Source: Gemmatimonadota bacterium (GTDB taxonomy: Bacteria > Gemmatimonadota > Gemmatimonadetes > Longimicrobiales > Gaopeijiaceae). Taken from it: a stretch of DNA of 24,042 bases. The notes below the pieces were generated by a model, which worked only from the letters and a program-made list of their open reading frames with translations, was not told the DNA's origin and did no database searches. The stretch's first letter is position 1. Every line of letters begins with the position of its first letter. A program made the translations under genes and the position numbers. This document shows, piece after piece, positions 16,520 through 24,042 of this stretch. The stretch lies in NCBI GenBank assembly GCA_039589315.1, contig JBDHHQ010000067.1:1-24042 (forward strand). Reading direction: 5' to 3'.

Positions 16520-18085
16520 TCAGTCCAGGACGTATCCCTGAGCGAGAGACTGGAACGCCTCCGTCTCGGCCCGCTCCCACTCGGGTTCGCGGTCCAGCTC
16601 CCTGGCCATCGTGGAAGCCACGATGGGTGCCGCCTCCGACGCGGCCCGGGCATCCAGGATGAGCGACCGCGTGCGCCGGGCCAGGAAGTCGTCCACCGTC
16701 CGGGCCATCTCCCCACGGACCGCCCACGCCACCTCGGCAACACGAGCGTCAAGGCGCGGATGGATGGGTGCCGCCAGCGCCGGGTCCGAGTCCACCAGCT
16801 GCTGGACCTCGACGGCATCGGACCCGTAGGCGGCCAGGCTCCCGAATCGCTCTGCGTGCACGTGGTGCCCGTGGATGTTGAGCGATCGGGTCACGCATTC
16901 CCTGAGGTCCAGGTCCCCGAGGGTGGCCGCCGCGTCCACCACGTCCTCCGCCATCTTGCGGTACGTGGTCCACTTTCCCCCGGCGATGGTCAGCAGCCCG
17001 GAGCGGGCCACGGTGATCGTGTGCTCCCGGGAGATATGCGCCGTGTCACCGTCGCCCCCGTCGGAAGCGACCAACGGGCGTAAACCGGCGAAAACGCTCA
17101 ACACGTCGCTCCGCTCGGGGTCCTTGGTGAGGTACCGGGCAGCGTGGACGAGGAGGAACTCCACCTCCTCCTCCAGCGGGCGGGGCTCGAGGCTCGCGGA
17201 CTCGATGGGGGTGTCGGTAGTGCCCACCACGACCCGGTCGTGCCACGGGATGGCGAAGAGGATGCGGCCGTCGTCGGTGTGGGGCACCATGATGGCCGAC
17301 TCTCCGGGCAGGAAGGACTTGTCCAGGACGACATGGACGCCCTGGCTGGGACGGATCACCGGCCGGGCGTCGGGATCGTCGACCTGCCGCAAGCGGTCGG
17401 CGAACACGCCGGTCGCGTTCACCACGACCCGCGCTCGGACATCGAGGGCCCGGCCTCCCTCCACGTCGGTGACCCGGGCGCCCTCGACGAAGCCGTCTTC
17501 GTTCTTGAGCAGGTCGTCCACGCGTAGGTAGTTCAGCACCACCGCGCCTTGCTCCGCCGCTGTCATGACCATGTGGATCAACAGGCGGGCATCGTCGAAC
17601 TGACCGTCGTGGTAGATCACTCCTCCCCGGAGGCCGTCCGTCTCGATGGTGGGCAACCGCTCGATCGTTTCTTCCCTGGATAGGTTGTGAGAGGGTCCGA
17701 AGCCGTACTTGCCCGCGAGGGCGTCGTAGACCTTCATGCCGATGCCGTAGAACGGTGCTTCCCACCACGCGTAGTTCGGCACCACGAAGGGCAGGTCATG
17801 CACCAGGTGGGGCGCATTCCTCCGCAGGATGCCCCGCTCCTTCAGTGCCTCCATCACCAGGGGCACGTTGCCCTGCTGCAGATAGCGGACGCCGCCGTGG
17901 ATCAGCTTGGTGCTTCGGCTCGACGTGCCCTTTCCGAAGTCGGACTGCTCCAGGAGCGCGACCGAATGGCCTCGGGAGGCCGCGTCGATGGCGACGCCGA
18001 CCCCGGTAGCGCCACCACCCACGACCAACAGGTCCCAGGGTTCACGGGCAGAACGGAGTCGCTCCAGCATCTCTCGTCGGTCCAC
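16520..18085 (-). CDS. glpD: FAD-dependent glycerol-3-phosphate dehydrogenase/oxidase
   Basis: GTG at 18085 with GGAG upstream. DLLVVGGGATGVGVAIDAASRG, GTSSRSTKLIHGGVRYL, DGQFDDARL, FAGLRPL, GGKWTTYRKMAE and DDFLARRTR. Confidence 0.95.
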   Translation of the reverse strand: MDRREMLERLRSAREPWDLLVVGGGATGVGVAIDAASRGHSVALLEQSDFGKGTSSRSTKLIHGGVRYLQQGNVPLVMEALKERGILRRNAPHLVHDLPFVVPNYAWWEAPFYGIGMKVYDALAGKYGFGPSHNLSREETIERLPTIETDGLRGGVIYHDGQFDDARLLIHMVMTAAEQGAVVLNYLRVDDLLKNEDGFVEGARVTDVEGGRALDVRARVVVNATGVFADRLRQVDDPDARPVIRPSQGVHVVLDKSFLPGESAIMVPHTDDGRILFAIPWHDRVVVGTTDTPIESASLEPRPLEEEVEFLLVHAARYLTKDPERSDVLSVFAGLRPLVASDGGDGDTAHISREHTITVARSGLLTIAGGKWTTYRKMAEDVVDAAATLGDLDLRECVTRSLNIHGHHVHAERFGSLAAYGSDAVEVQQLVDSDPALAAPIHPRLDARVAEVAWAVRGEMARTVDDFLARRTRSLILDARAASEAAPIVASTMARELDREPEWERAETEAFQSLAQGYVLD

Positions 18086-18272
18086 GGGAGCTCCAAAGGG
18101 CGAAGGATGGAAGCGTGATCCCCCTATTCTGTCCTGCCGGAGGGACGGGTACAAGCGGTCATGGCAGGCGGCTCGTGCTTGGGCTGGGGATTGTCGGGGG
18201 CGGCGAGTGCCAGTAGTCGAAGGTCGCGAACTACCCGGGGGATCGCAGCTCAGCAAGATCAGAGCGGAGGGA

Positions 18273-19379
18273 TCAGATGTCGTCGATCGCCCAAGCCGGT
18301 TCGGGAGTGCGGCCGTTCGTCGTCGAGTCGGAGGGGCCCCTGTCGGGTACAACCACGGGGCTCTGCAGCCGAGCCAGGGGCTCCACCTCCGGGTGCTTGG
18401 AGGATCGGCTCCAGTAGCGGGCGGCCGCACGAGCGAGGGCCGGGTCCAGGTGCGCTAGCTCCTCGGGCCCGCTGAAGGCCTCGAGGGCGCGGACCTTCCG
18501 CCCCATGACCCGCTGGACGCCGGCGAAGACGTTGGGACGAAAGTCCAGGGTGCTGGTCCGTGTCTGGTAGGCGAAGACGTGGCAGTGCGGCAGCACCACG
18601 GTCAGCGCGGCGCGGTGGGCCGCCAGTCGATGCCGATCCCGTTCATGCTCTGACGGGATCAGTACCGTATCCGGGGCGTGGATCTTCAGGTAGCGCCGGA
18701 GCATGGACGCCGCCTCCAACTCGTCCATCGGGGTGGGGTCACCCAGAACCAGAGTGACGCCCAGTCGCTGGGCCGACTCCTGGGCCAGATCGCTGAGGTC
18801 GGTTCCACTGGAGAAGGACTTCGAGAGCGTGAGGACGACTGCCCTGCCCCCTTTCCGGATGTGGCCGGCCAGGATGCCGCCCACGCCGAGCTCGACGTCC
18901 CCAGGGTAGGCGCCCACGGCCAGGATCGTCTGGGCTCCACCTTCCATCCCGGATCCGCCCCGGGCCAATAGCGCCCAGAGCGCCTCGAGAAAGCGCTCCC
19001 GGTTGAGAGGCTTGGTCAGGACCCGGTCGGCTCCGGCCTGCCGAGCTCTCTCGTGAATCTCGGGGTCGGCGTATCCGGTAGTCACGATGATGGGCCGCTC
19101 CGGGTACTCCTGCTTCGAGGCCCGGACGACCTCGACCCCGTCGGTGCCCGGGAGGTTCAGGTCACAGACGATCAGGTCGAAGACACCTCCGCGTCCCAGG
19201 TGGGCGCCGTGGACGCCGTCCTGCGCCACCACGACTTCGCCCAGGCCCTCGGATTCCACGAGGGCCTTGACCAGAAAAGCCTCTTCGATGCTGTCCTCCA
19301 CCAGGAGGATCCGGAACCGGCCGGATGCTGCGACGCTCAATCGGGTCTCCCGATAGTGGATGTGCGGGGGTTCCTGCAT
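18273..19379 (-). CDS. Response-regulator receiver domain fused to a degenerate PIG-L/LmbE deacetylase-like domain
   Basis: GGAGG RBS. Receiver motifs ILLVED, DLIVCDLNLPG, VTTG and LTKP. C-terminal ILAVGAYPGDVELGVGG, FRPNVF, KVRALEAF and ARYWSR match the PIG-L fold. Confidence 0.85.
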   Translation of the reverse strand: MQEPPHIHYRETRLSVAASGRFRILLVEDSIEEAFLVKALVESEGLGEVVVAQDGVHGAHLGRGGVFDLIVCDLNLPGTDGVEVVRASKQEYPERPIIVTTGYADPEIHERARQAGADRVLTKPLNRERFLEALWALLARGGSGMEGGAQTILAVGAYPGDVELGVGGILAGHIRKGGRAVVLTLSKSFSSGTDLSDLAQESAQRLGVTLVLGDPTPMDELEAASMLRRYLKIHAPDTVLIPSEHERDRHRLAAHRAALTVVLPHCHVFAYQTRTSTLDFRPNVFAGVQRVMGRKVRALEAFSGPEELAHLDPALARAAARYWSRSSKHPEVEPLARLQSPVVVPDRGPSDSTTNGRTPEPAWAIDDI

Positions 19380-19439
19380 CCACCTCCCATCAAAGGGATC
19401 GACCCACCAGCATGGATTCTTGAGGTCGCGGAGCCCGCC

Positions 19440-21059
19440 TCAATAAGCCCAGCGCAGTCCCACCAGAACGCGGTTCAAATCGAAAAAGCCGATTCCCTGG
19501 AACTCCGCGAACCACCCCCACGCACCACCGCCCAGGCCCGCTGCGATCTCGGTTGATTCGCCGGTGATGCCCACGACCGGAGTGAGCACGAAGTCCGCCC
19601 CGCTCCGATCCCCGATGGGCTCGCTCATAACCAGGACTCCCGCGCTGAGGCCGCCGTAGAACTCGACTGCGCCGTTGGTCGGGAAGAAGTAGTGGAGTCC
19701 CCCCTGCACCACGGTCGTGACGCCGCCGGCGCCGAAGCCCAGCGCCACTTCCGGCACCCAGGACCACCGATCCTGCTGCCACGTGGTGTTCAGGCCCAGG
19801 CGTCCGCCGAGGACGAACTGGCCGCCATTGGAGAAGTTGGCACCGGCGTACGGTGCCGCGAAGCGACGGCGCGACCTGCGGAGCTCGAAGAGCCGCCGGG
19901 CCTGGTCCTGCTCCGCGTCCACCGTGACCCGATGCTCGGCTATCAGGGCCAAGCGGGCGTCGAGGACCGTATCGGCCCGGGCCATGACGCGATCGGTGGC
20001 CTCCTGCCCGACGCCCTCGGCGTTCAGTTGCTGGTACAGGGCCAGCCGGATCGCCTCGGTCTCCACGGCCATCAGGTAGTCGAAGGCCTCGTTGAACCGG
20101 GCCGCCATCCTCCGCTCGAGCGTGTCGGCCCGCTCGCCGGTGATGGGCTCACGTCCGCCCTCGAGGCTGGTGGACTCCGGGAAGATGGCGTCGAGGTAGC
20201 CCAACTCCGTGGCGAGCAGGCGCTGAACGGCCGCGGCCGAGGCGGCAGCCCCAGCAACGAGGATCGTGTCACCCTCCGGAGTGATCAGGACGGCGGGGCC
20301 GCCCGTCGCTAGGGCGCCGGTTACGGCGCCGGCACCATAGGTGACCCGGATTTCGCCGGTCTCCGGCACCGGGACCACGGCGACATCGCCCGCCGCAATC
20401 GCACCGGCCGGCCCACCGGCAGCACCACCCGCTTGCACGCGCTGCGGCTGCCCGCCCAGCCGGAGCGCGATCCCACCGGAGATCATCCACGAGCTGACCA
20501 GGTCGTTGCCGGAGGCCAGCGGTTCGATCACCGGGAAGCTGGGCGGCTCCATCAGGTAGTTGCGGGCCGAGCCCTCGAGGCGTAGCCAACGGTTCACGTC
20601 CCAGGCCAGGCCGGCGCCCAGGATCAAGACGCTCTGGTCGTCCCGTTCCCGGTTCTCCGGATCCAGGAAGTCCTCTCGGAACACGAGCCGTCCGGCGCCG
20701 CCGAGTAGATACGGCTTTACGGGCCCGCCCAGGTGAATATCCAGCTGGATCTCGCCTCCCCAGCTTTCGATTCCCTCTACCCGGTCGAACTCGTCGGTGA
20801 CCCCCCGCCAGTAGTAGCCGAGCAGGCCCACGTCTCGCCCGAGCTTGATACCGCCGAGAGCACCCGCGACAGCCTGCTGGTCCAGAAAGAGCTCGTCCGC
20901 GAAGTCGATGGAGCCGGCAAAGGGCTCGACCACCAACCCCGGACCCCAGTCGCCTTCCACCAACACCTGGCCCGTAGCCGGCGCCGCCCAGCTCGCGATC
21001 GCCATCACCGCGATCGCGAGGCCGGAAGGAAGAGGTGGACGGCCTGGCTGCATGGACAT
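19440..21059 (-). CDS. Outer-membrane protein with two predicted small beta-barrel domains joined by a helical linker
   Basis: Probable ATG at 21059, signal peptide ending ATG-Q. N-domain has VKPYLLGGAG, LGAGLAW and WMISGGIALRLG. C-domain has PYAGANF, WVPEVALGFG, FYGGLSAG and terminal RVLVGLRWAY. Confidence 0.7.
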   Translation of the reverse strand: MSMQPGRPPLPSGLAIAVMAIASWAAPATGQVLVEGDWGPGLVVEPFAGSIDFADELFLDQQAVAGALGGIKLGRDVGLLGYYWRGVTDEFDRVEGIESWGGEIQLDIHLGGPVKPYLLGGAGRLVFREDFLDPENRERDDQSVLILGAGLAWDVNRWLRLEGSARNYLMEPPSFPVIEPLASGNDLVSSWMISGGIALRLGGQPQRVQAGGAAGGPAGAIAAGDVAVVPVPETGEIRVTYGAGAVTGALATGGPAVLITPEGDTILVAGAAASAAAVQRLLATELGYLDAIFPESTSLEGGREPITGERADTLERRMAARFNEAFDYLMAVETEAIRLALYQQLNAEGVGQEATDRVMARADTVLDARLALIAEHRVTVDAEQDQARRLFELRRSRRRFAAPYAGANFSNGGQFVLGGRLGLNTTWQQDRWSWVPEVALGFGAGGVTTVVQGGLHYFFPTNGAVEFYGGLSAGVLVMSEPIGDRSGADFVLTPVVGITGESTEIAAGLGGGAWGWFAEFQGIGFFDLNRVLVGLRWAY

Positions 21060-21165
21060 GGTAGGTTGAGCCTCGGGGACGGACGGCCGGGTTTCTCCGG
21101 GGGTGGGTAAACTTTCTCGGGAGCGCCCACTGGACAAGGCCTGGTAGGCGCTCCCGCCTGTCGCG

Positions 21166-21654
21166 CTACTCCCGTACTGTGAACCGCACCGTGTCGACGA
21201 CCAGGGGGCTCAGCGGCACATGGGCGAAGTCGCCGACCAGGGCGATCACCCGGTACTCTCCAGGCGTCAGGTCCGTGAGCTCGAACTCGGTCTGGGCCGC
21301 ACCCATGTGAACCGACTCTCCGGCGACGTTGGGGATGGGCTGATCGAGAGGCGGCAGGTCGACGTTCACCAGGAGATGATGGTGCCCGGAGCGAGGCCGG
21401 TCCTCACCGGCCGGGACGATCTCCAGCCCGGACACGTCCAGAGTGACCAGAACGTCGGGTCCATCCACCGTGGCGCCCTCCGCCGGCGTCGTGATCAGCA
21501 CGGTCATGGGCTCGTTGGGTGTCGCCTCCGCGGTGGGGGGCTCTTCCCCGGGGGGCCGGGATGCGGCCTCCTGGTCGCTGGGCGCCTCGCCGCCGCAGCT
21601 GGCGGCCAGGCTCGCCGCAAGCATCACCGGTAGGGTGTGTCTGATTCGTCTCAA
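21166..21654 (-). CDS. DUF4399-family lipoprotein
   Basis: Probable TTG start at 21654 (GGAG upstream), signal ending LAASC. SGHHHLLVN, VHMGAAQTE, LTPGEY and GDFAHVP motifs. Confidence 0.8.
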   Translation of the reverse strand: MRRIRHTLPVMLAASLAASCGGEAPSDQEAASRPPGEEPPTAEATPNEPMTVLITTPAEGATVDGPDVLVTLDVSGLEIVPAGEDRPRSGHHHLLVNVDLPPLDQPIPNVAGESVHMGAAQTEFELTDLTPGEYRVIALVGDFAHVPLSPLVVDTVRFTVRE

Positions 21655-21737
21655 GGTTCTCCAGCCTCCGGTCGGATCCATGGTACAGGATGTCAGGTGG
21701 AAGTATGGGGTACGTAGCCGCCTCAGGAAACACGTCG

Positions 21738-21778
21738 ACAGAAAGTGGCCCGCGGCCGGGCGCATCCGGCCGCGGGCC
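21738..21778 (-). terminator. Rho-independent terminator after the YceI-family gene
   Basis: Perfect 13-bp stem (21747-21759 / 21766-21778) with a 6-nt loop, followed on the - strand by ACTTTCTGT. Confidence 0.75.
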
Positions 21779-21818
21779 CCGGGGTCATCCGGCCCGATCC
21801 GCCATTGGCGGGGCTGAC

Positions 21819-22436
21819 CTACGAGCGATTGGCCTCCACGGCGATGTCGATGTCCACGTCGCCGCCCACGACCAGGGTAGCCGCCCAGCTCCCCGTGCCG
21901 ACGCCGTAGTCGCCACGGTCCACGGTAGTGCCACCCGCGAAGCTCACGACTTCGGTGACGCCCCCGAGCATCTGCTGCAGCTCTGCCGGGATCTGCTTGA
22001 CGCCGAGGAGGCGTAGCGGAAGCTCGACTTCGCGGCTCACGCCTTTGATGGTCAGGTCACCCGCCGCGACGAACTCACCGTTGCCCGTGGAGCGAAAGTC
22101 CTGACTCTCGAAGGTGATGTAGGGATAGGTCTCGGCGTCGAAGAAGTCGCCCGAGAGCAGGTGGTTGTCCCTCTTCTCCTTGCCGGTATCGACGCTGGCC
22201 ACCGCGATCTGCACCGAGACGCGACTGTTCGAGACGTCCTCGGCATCGAAGAACAGATCGATGTCGAAATCCTGGAACGATCCGGTGACGGGCGTGAAGA
22301 AGTGCGTGACAGTGAAGTTGATCTCCGTGTGCGCGTCATCCACGTTCCAGGCCATCGGTGCCGTGTCGGGGCCGACCGTGGCCGTGATGGATAATCCTGC
22401 GAGCACCAATGCGGATGTCTTGATGAGCGTCGTCAT
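21819..22436 (-). CDS. YceI-family secreted lipid/polyisoprenoid-binding protein
   Basis: Signal peptide. WNVDDAHTEINFTVTH, SVDTGKEKRDNHLLSGDFFDAETYPYITF, GDLTIKGVSREV and VDRGDYGVG. Confidence 0.95.
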   Translation of the reverse strand: MTTLIKTSALVLAGLSITATVGPDTAPMAWNVDDAHTEINFTVTHFFTPVTGSFQDFDIDLFFDAEDVSNSRVSVQIAVASVDTGKEKRDNHLLSGDFFDAETYPYITFESQDFRSTGNGEFVAAGDLTIKGVSREVELPLRLLGVKQIPAELQQMLGGVTEVVSFAGGTTVDRGDYGVGTGSWAATLVVGGDVDIDIAVEANRS

Positions 22437-22453
22437 TTTTCTCGCAACTCCAT

Positions 22454-22491
22454 TATTTGTTATGATAATATTTGTTATACCATATATTATC
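22454..22491. promoter_or_regulatory. AT-rich palindromic operator or promoter between divergent genes
   Basis: 28-bp imperfect palindrome GATAATATTTGTTA|TACCATATATTATC (22464-22491, 12 of 14 pairs). Direct repeat TATTTGTTAT at 22454 and 22469. Confidence 0.65.
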
Positions 22492-22528
22492 CGTCTTACC
22501 CGAAGATGGTTCCCCGAGGGCGTCTCGA

Positions 22529-23617
22529 GTGTCGAAAGGACCTGATCGCGCCGCCGCCGAGGGGTCCCGGGGGCTTGCCGGAAGGCGCGTCCTCCTGGGC
22601 CTCTGCGCCTTCGTGCTGCTCGGCGCTCTCGGAGCGTGGGCTGCGGGCCGCCTGGACCCCACGGGCTCTCTGTCGCTCCGGAGCGTAATCACCGCCGTGC
22701 CGCCCGGGTCCCTGGCCGTGGCGGTGGTCCTCATGGGACTCGACTACCTGATGGGCGGGCTACGCCTGCACATGTGGGTGCGACGGCTGGCACCGGGGAC
22801 GCCCTGGCACGCCTCCCTCGAGACGTACGTAGTCAACATCTTCGCAGCGGCGATCTCACCCATGGGCTCGGCCAGCGGCCCCGCTCAGGTGGCTGTGCTC
22901 TACCGCTATGGCGTCCACCCAGCGCGTGCCGTTGCTGCCCTGCTACTCAACTTCATGGGGGTCCTGGGCGCGTTCCTGCTGGTGGGAGGTGCTGCCGGTC
23001 TCTACCTCACGGCGGGCGCCGACCTGGCCGGCACGCTTGGAGGCGTGGTCCGGGCGCTCCTCTTCGTCGCGGCTGGCGCAGCGGTCCTTCTGGCGGTGAT
23101 CATAGGCAATCCCGGCCTGGGTTCCACGCTGGCAGACAGGTTGGTAGCTGCAGGTCAGGGCGGCGATGGTCGCCGGCACCACTTCATTGCCTCCGTGGGC
23201 AAGAAGCTCGCCCGCGGCGTCGCAGACTACCGGGCAGCTCTCGAGACGCTGCGGTCCGGCTGGCACCGCCCGTTCGTGGCTGCGACCGCGCTCTCCGCGC
23301 TCATGCTCCTGAACAAATGCGCGGTGGGGTACGTCTTGGCTGCGGGTATGGGGTTTCAGGGCAGCTACGTGGAGGTAGCGGCCCGCCAGTCCCTCCAGTG
23401 GCTGCTCATCTACTTCAGCCCCAGCCCGGGTGGCAGTGGGATCGCCGAAGCCACTGTCCCGGCCTTCCTCTCGGGTATCGTGCCCGCCGGTCAGATGGTC
23501 GAGTACGCGCTGCTCTGGCGATTGCTGACCGCGTATCTCGGAGCCGCGGTCGGGGCCCTGACTGCTGCCCGGGTCCTCAGCTCGCGGTCGCGGACCTCGC
23601 CTGCTGCCACCCCCTGA
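22529..23617 (+). CDS. UPF0104 / lysylphosphatidylglycerol-synthase TM-domain membrane protein (flippase-like)
   Basis: Probable GTG at 22529 (GAGGG 8 nt upstream). Multi-TM protein with NIFAAAISPMGSASGPAQ, FSPSPGGSGIAE and LLWRLLTAYL. Confidence 0.85.
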   Translation: MSKGPDRAAAEGSRGLAGRRVLLGLCAFVLLGALGAWAAGRLDPTGSLSLRSVITAVPPGSLAVAVVLMGLDYLMGGLRLHMWVRRLAPGTPWHASLETYVVNIFAAAISPMGSASGPAQVAVLYRYGVHPARAVAALLLNFMGVLGAFLLVGGAAGLYLTAGADLAGTLGGVVRALLFVAAGAAVLLAVIIGNPGLGSTLADRLVAAGQGGDGRRHHFIASVGKKLARGVADYRAALETLRSGWHRPFVAATALSALMLLNKCAVGYVLAAGMGFQGSYVEVAARQSLQWLLIYFSPSPGGSGIAEATVPAFLSGIVPAGQMVEYALLWRLLTAYLGAAVGALTAARVLSSRSRTSPAATP

Positions 23618-24002
23618 CCTGGGTGAACAGGTACCCCGCGACCACCCAGTCGTAGGGCACGCAGAACTGGACCGTCCAGTCGGGCTTGTAGCTCGGCACC
23701 CATCCCAGCAGATAGGCCAGATCCCAGCCGCCGTGTGCCACGTATGCCACGGCGAGCCAGACGGGGTGGAGAACCATGCCGAGGCCCGCGAGGAAGAGGA
23801 AGGCCACCAGGGCGACGGCCTCCGCCACCACTCCGGCCTGGTGGCCCTGTTCTGCTGGAAAGCCCACGAAGAGGAGCGCCACAGCCACCATCACGACCGT
23901 GAAGAAGCGGTGCGCGCTCTTCGGCTTCATGGGACGCGCGGCGAGGATCGTGACCCAGGCGAAGAACACGCCCAGAAGGTAGGCTACGGCGTCCTCATAC
24001 AC
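23577..24002 (-). CDS. Small integral membrane protein (DUF6010-like)
   Basis: GTG at 24002 with GGAAGGGAG upstream. Several TM segments and the pattern AHGGWD...PDWTVQFCVPYDWVVAGYL. Confidence 0.65.
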   Translation of the reverse strand: MYEDAVAYLLGVFFAWVTILAARPMKPKSAHRFFTVVMVAVALLFVGFPAEQGHQAGVVAEAVALVAFLFLAGLGMVLHPVWLAVAYVAHGGWDLAYLLGWVPSYKPDWTVQFCVPYDWVVAGYLFTQVRGWQQARSATAS

Positions 24003-24042
24003 GGAGCGGCGCTCCCTTCCCGGCCGTCAGACCGCTGCCTGC

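Noticed and set aside
18086..18430. 115-aa N-terminal extension of GlpD
   Set aside because: It overlaps the upstream gene and is low complexity. Homology starts at the GTG at 18085, which has its own RBS.
1..24042. CRISPR arrays, tRNA/rRNA, IS or integrase genes, defence systems
   Set aside because: No spaced direct repeats, RNA-gene signatures, or transposase, recombinase or nuclease motifs were seen by eye.

Overview
High-GC bacterial DNA (roughly two-thirds GC by eye) from a diderm. The SusC/SusD-like pair in a high-GC background suggests Gemmatimonadota (inference). The left third is a phosphate-acquisition locus. A USP gene and a truncated Na/Pi cotransporter gene (- strand) are divergent from an operon of phosphate-porin-like gene, pstS, phoU fusion, pstC, pstA, pstB and a second pstB. 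Next come a SusC/SusD-like TonB-dependent pair with a small lipoprotein, an ArnT/GT39-like glycosyltransferase, glpD, a receiver + PIG-L-like fusion, a two-barrel outer-membrane protein, a DUF4399 lipoprotein, a YceI-family gene, a UPF0104 membrane protein and a small membrane protein. No rRNA, tRNA, CRISPR array or mobile element was seen. The most notable signals are five. (1) The two PstB ATPases carry complementary motif losses, predicting one active and one degenerate ATP site. (2) PhoU is fused to a catalytically dead LMW-PTP/ArsC-fold domain. (3) An intact receiver domain is fused to a PIG-L deacetylase domain lacking its metal motifs. (4) susC has a long structured leader with anti-Shine-Dalgarno elements. 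(5) Short low-GC3 patches lie inside pstC and the porin gene. All family calls come from motif recognition by eye; no searches were run.
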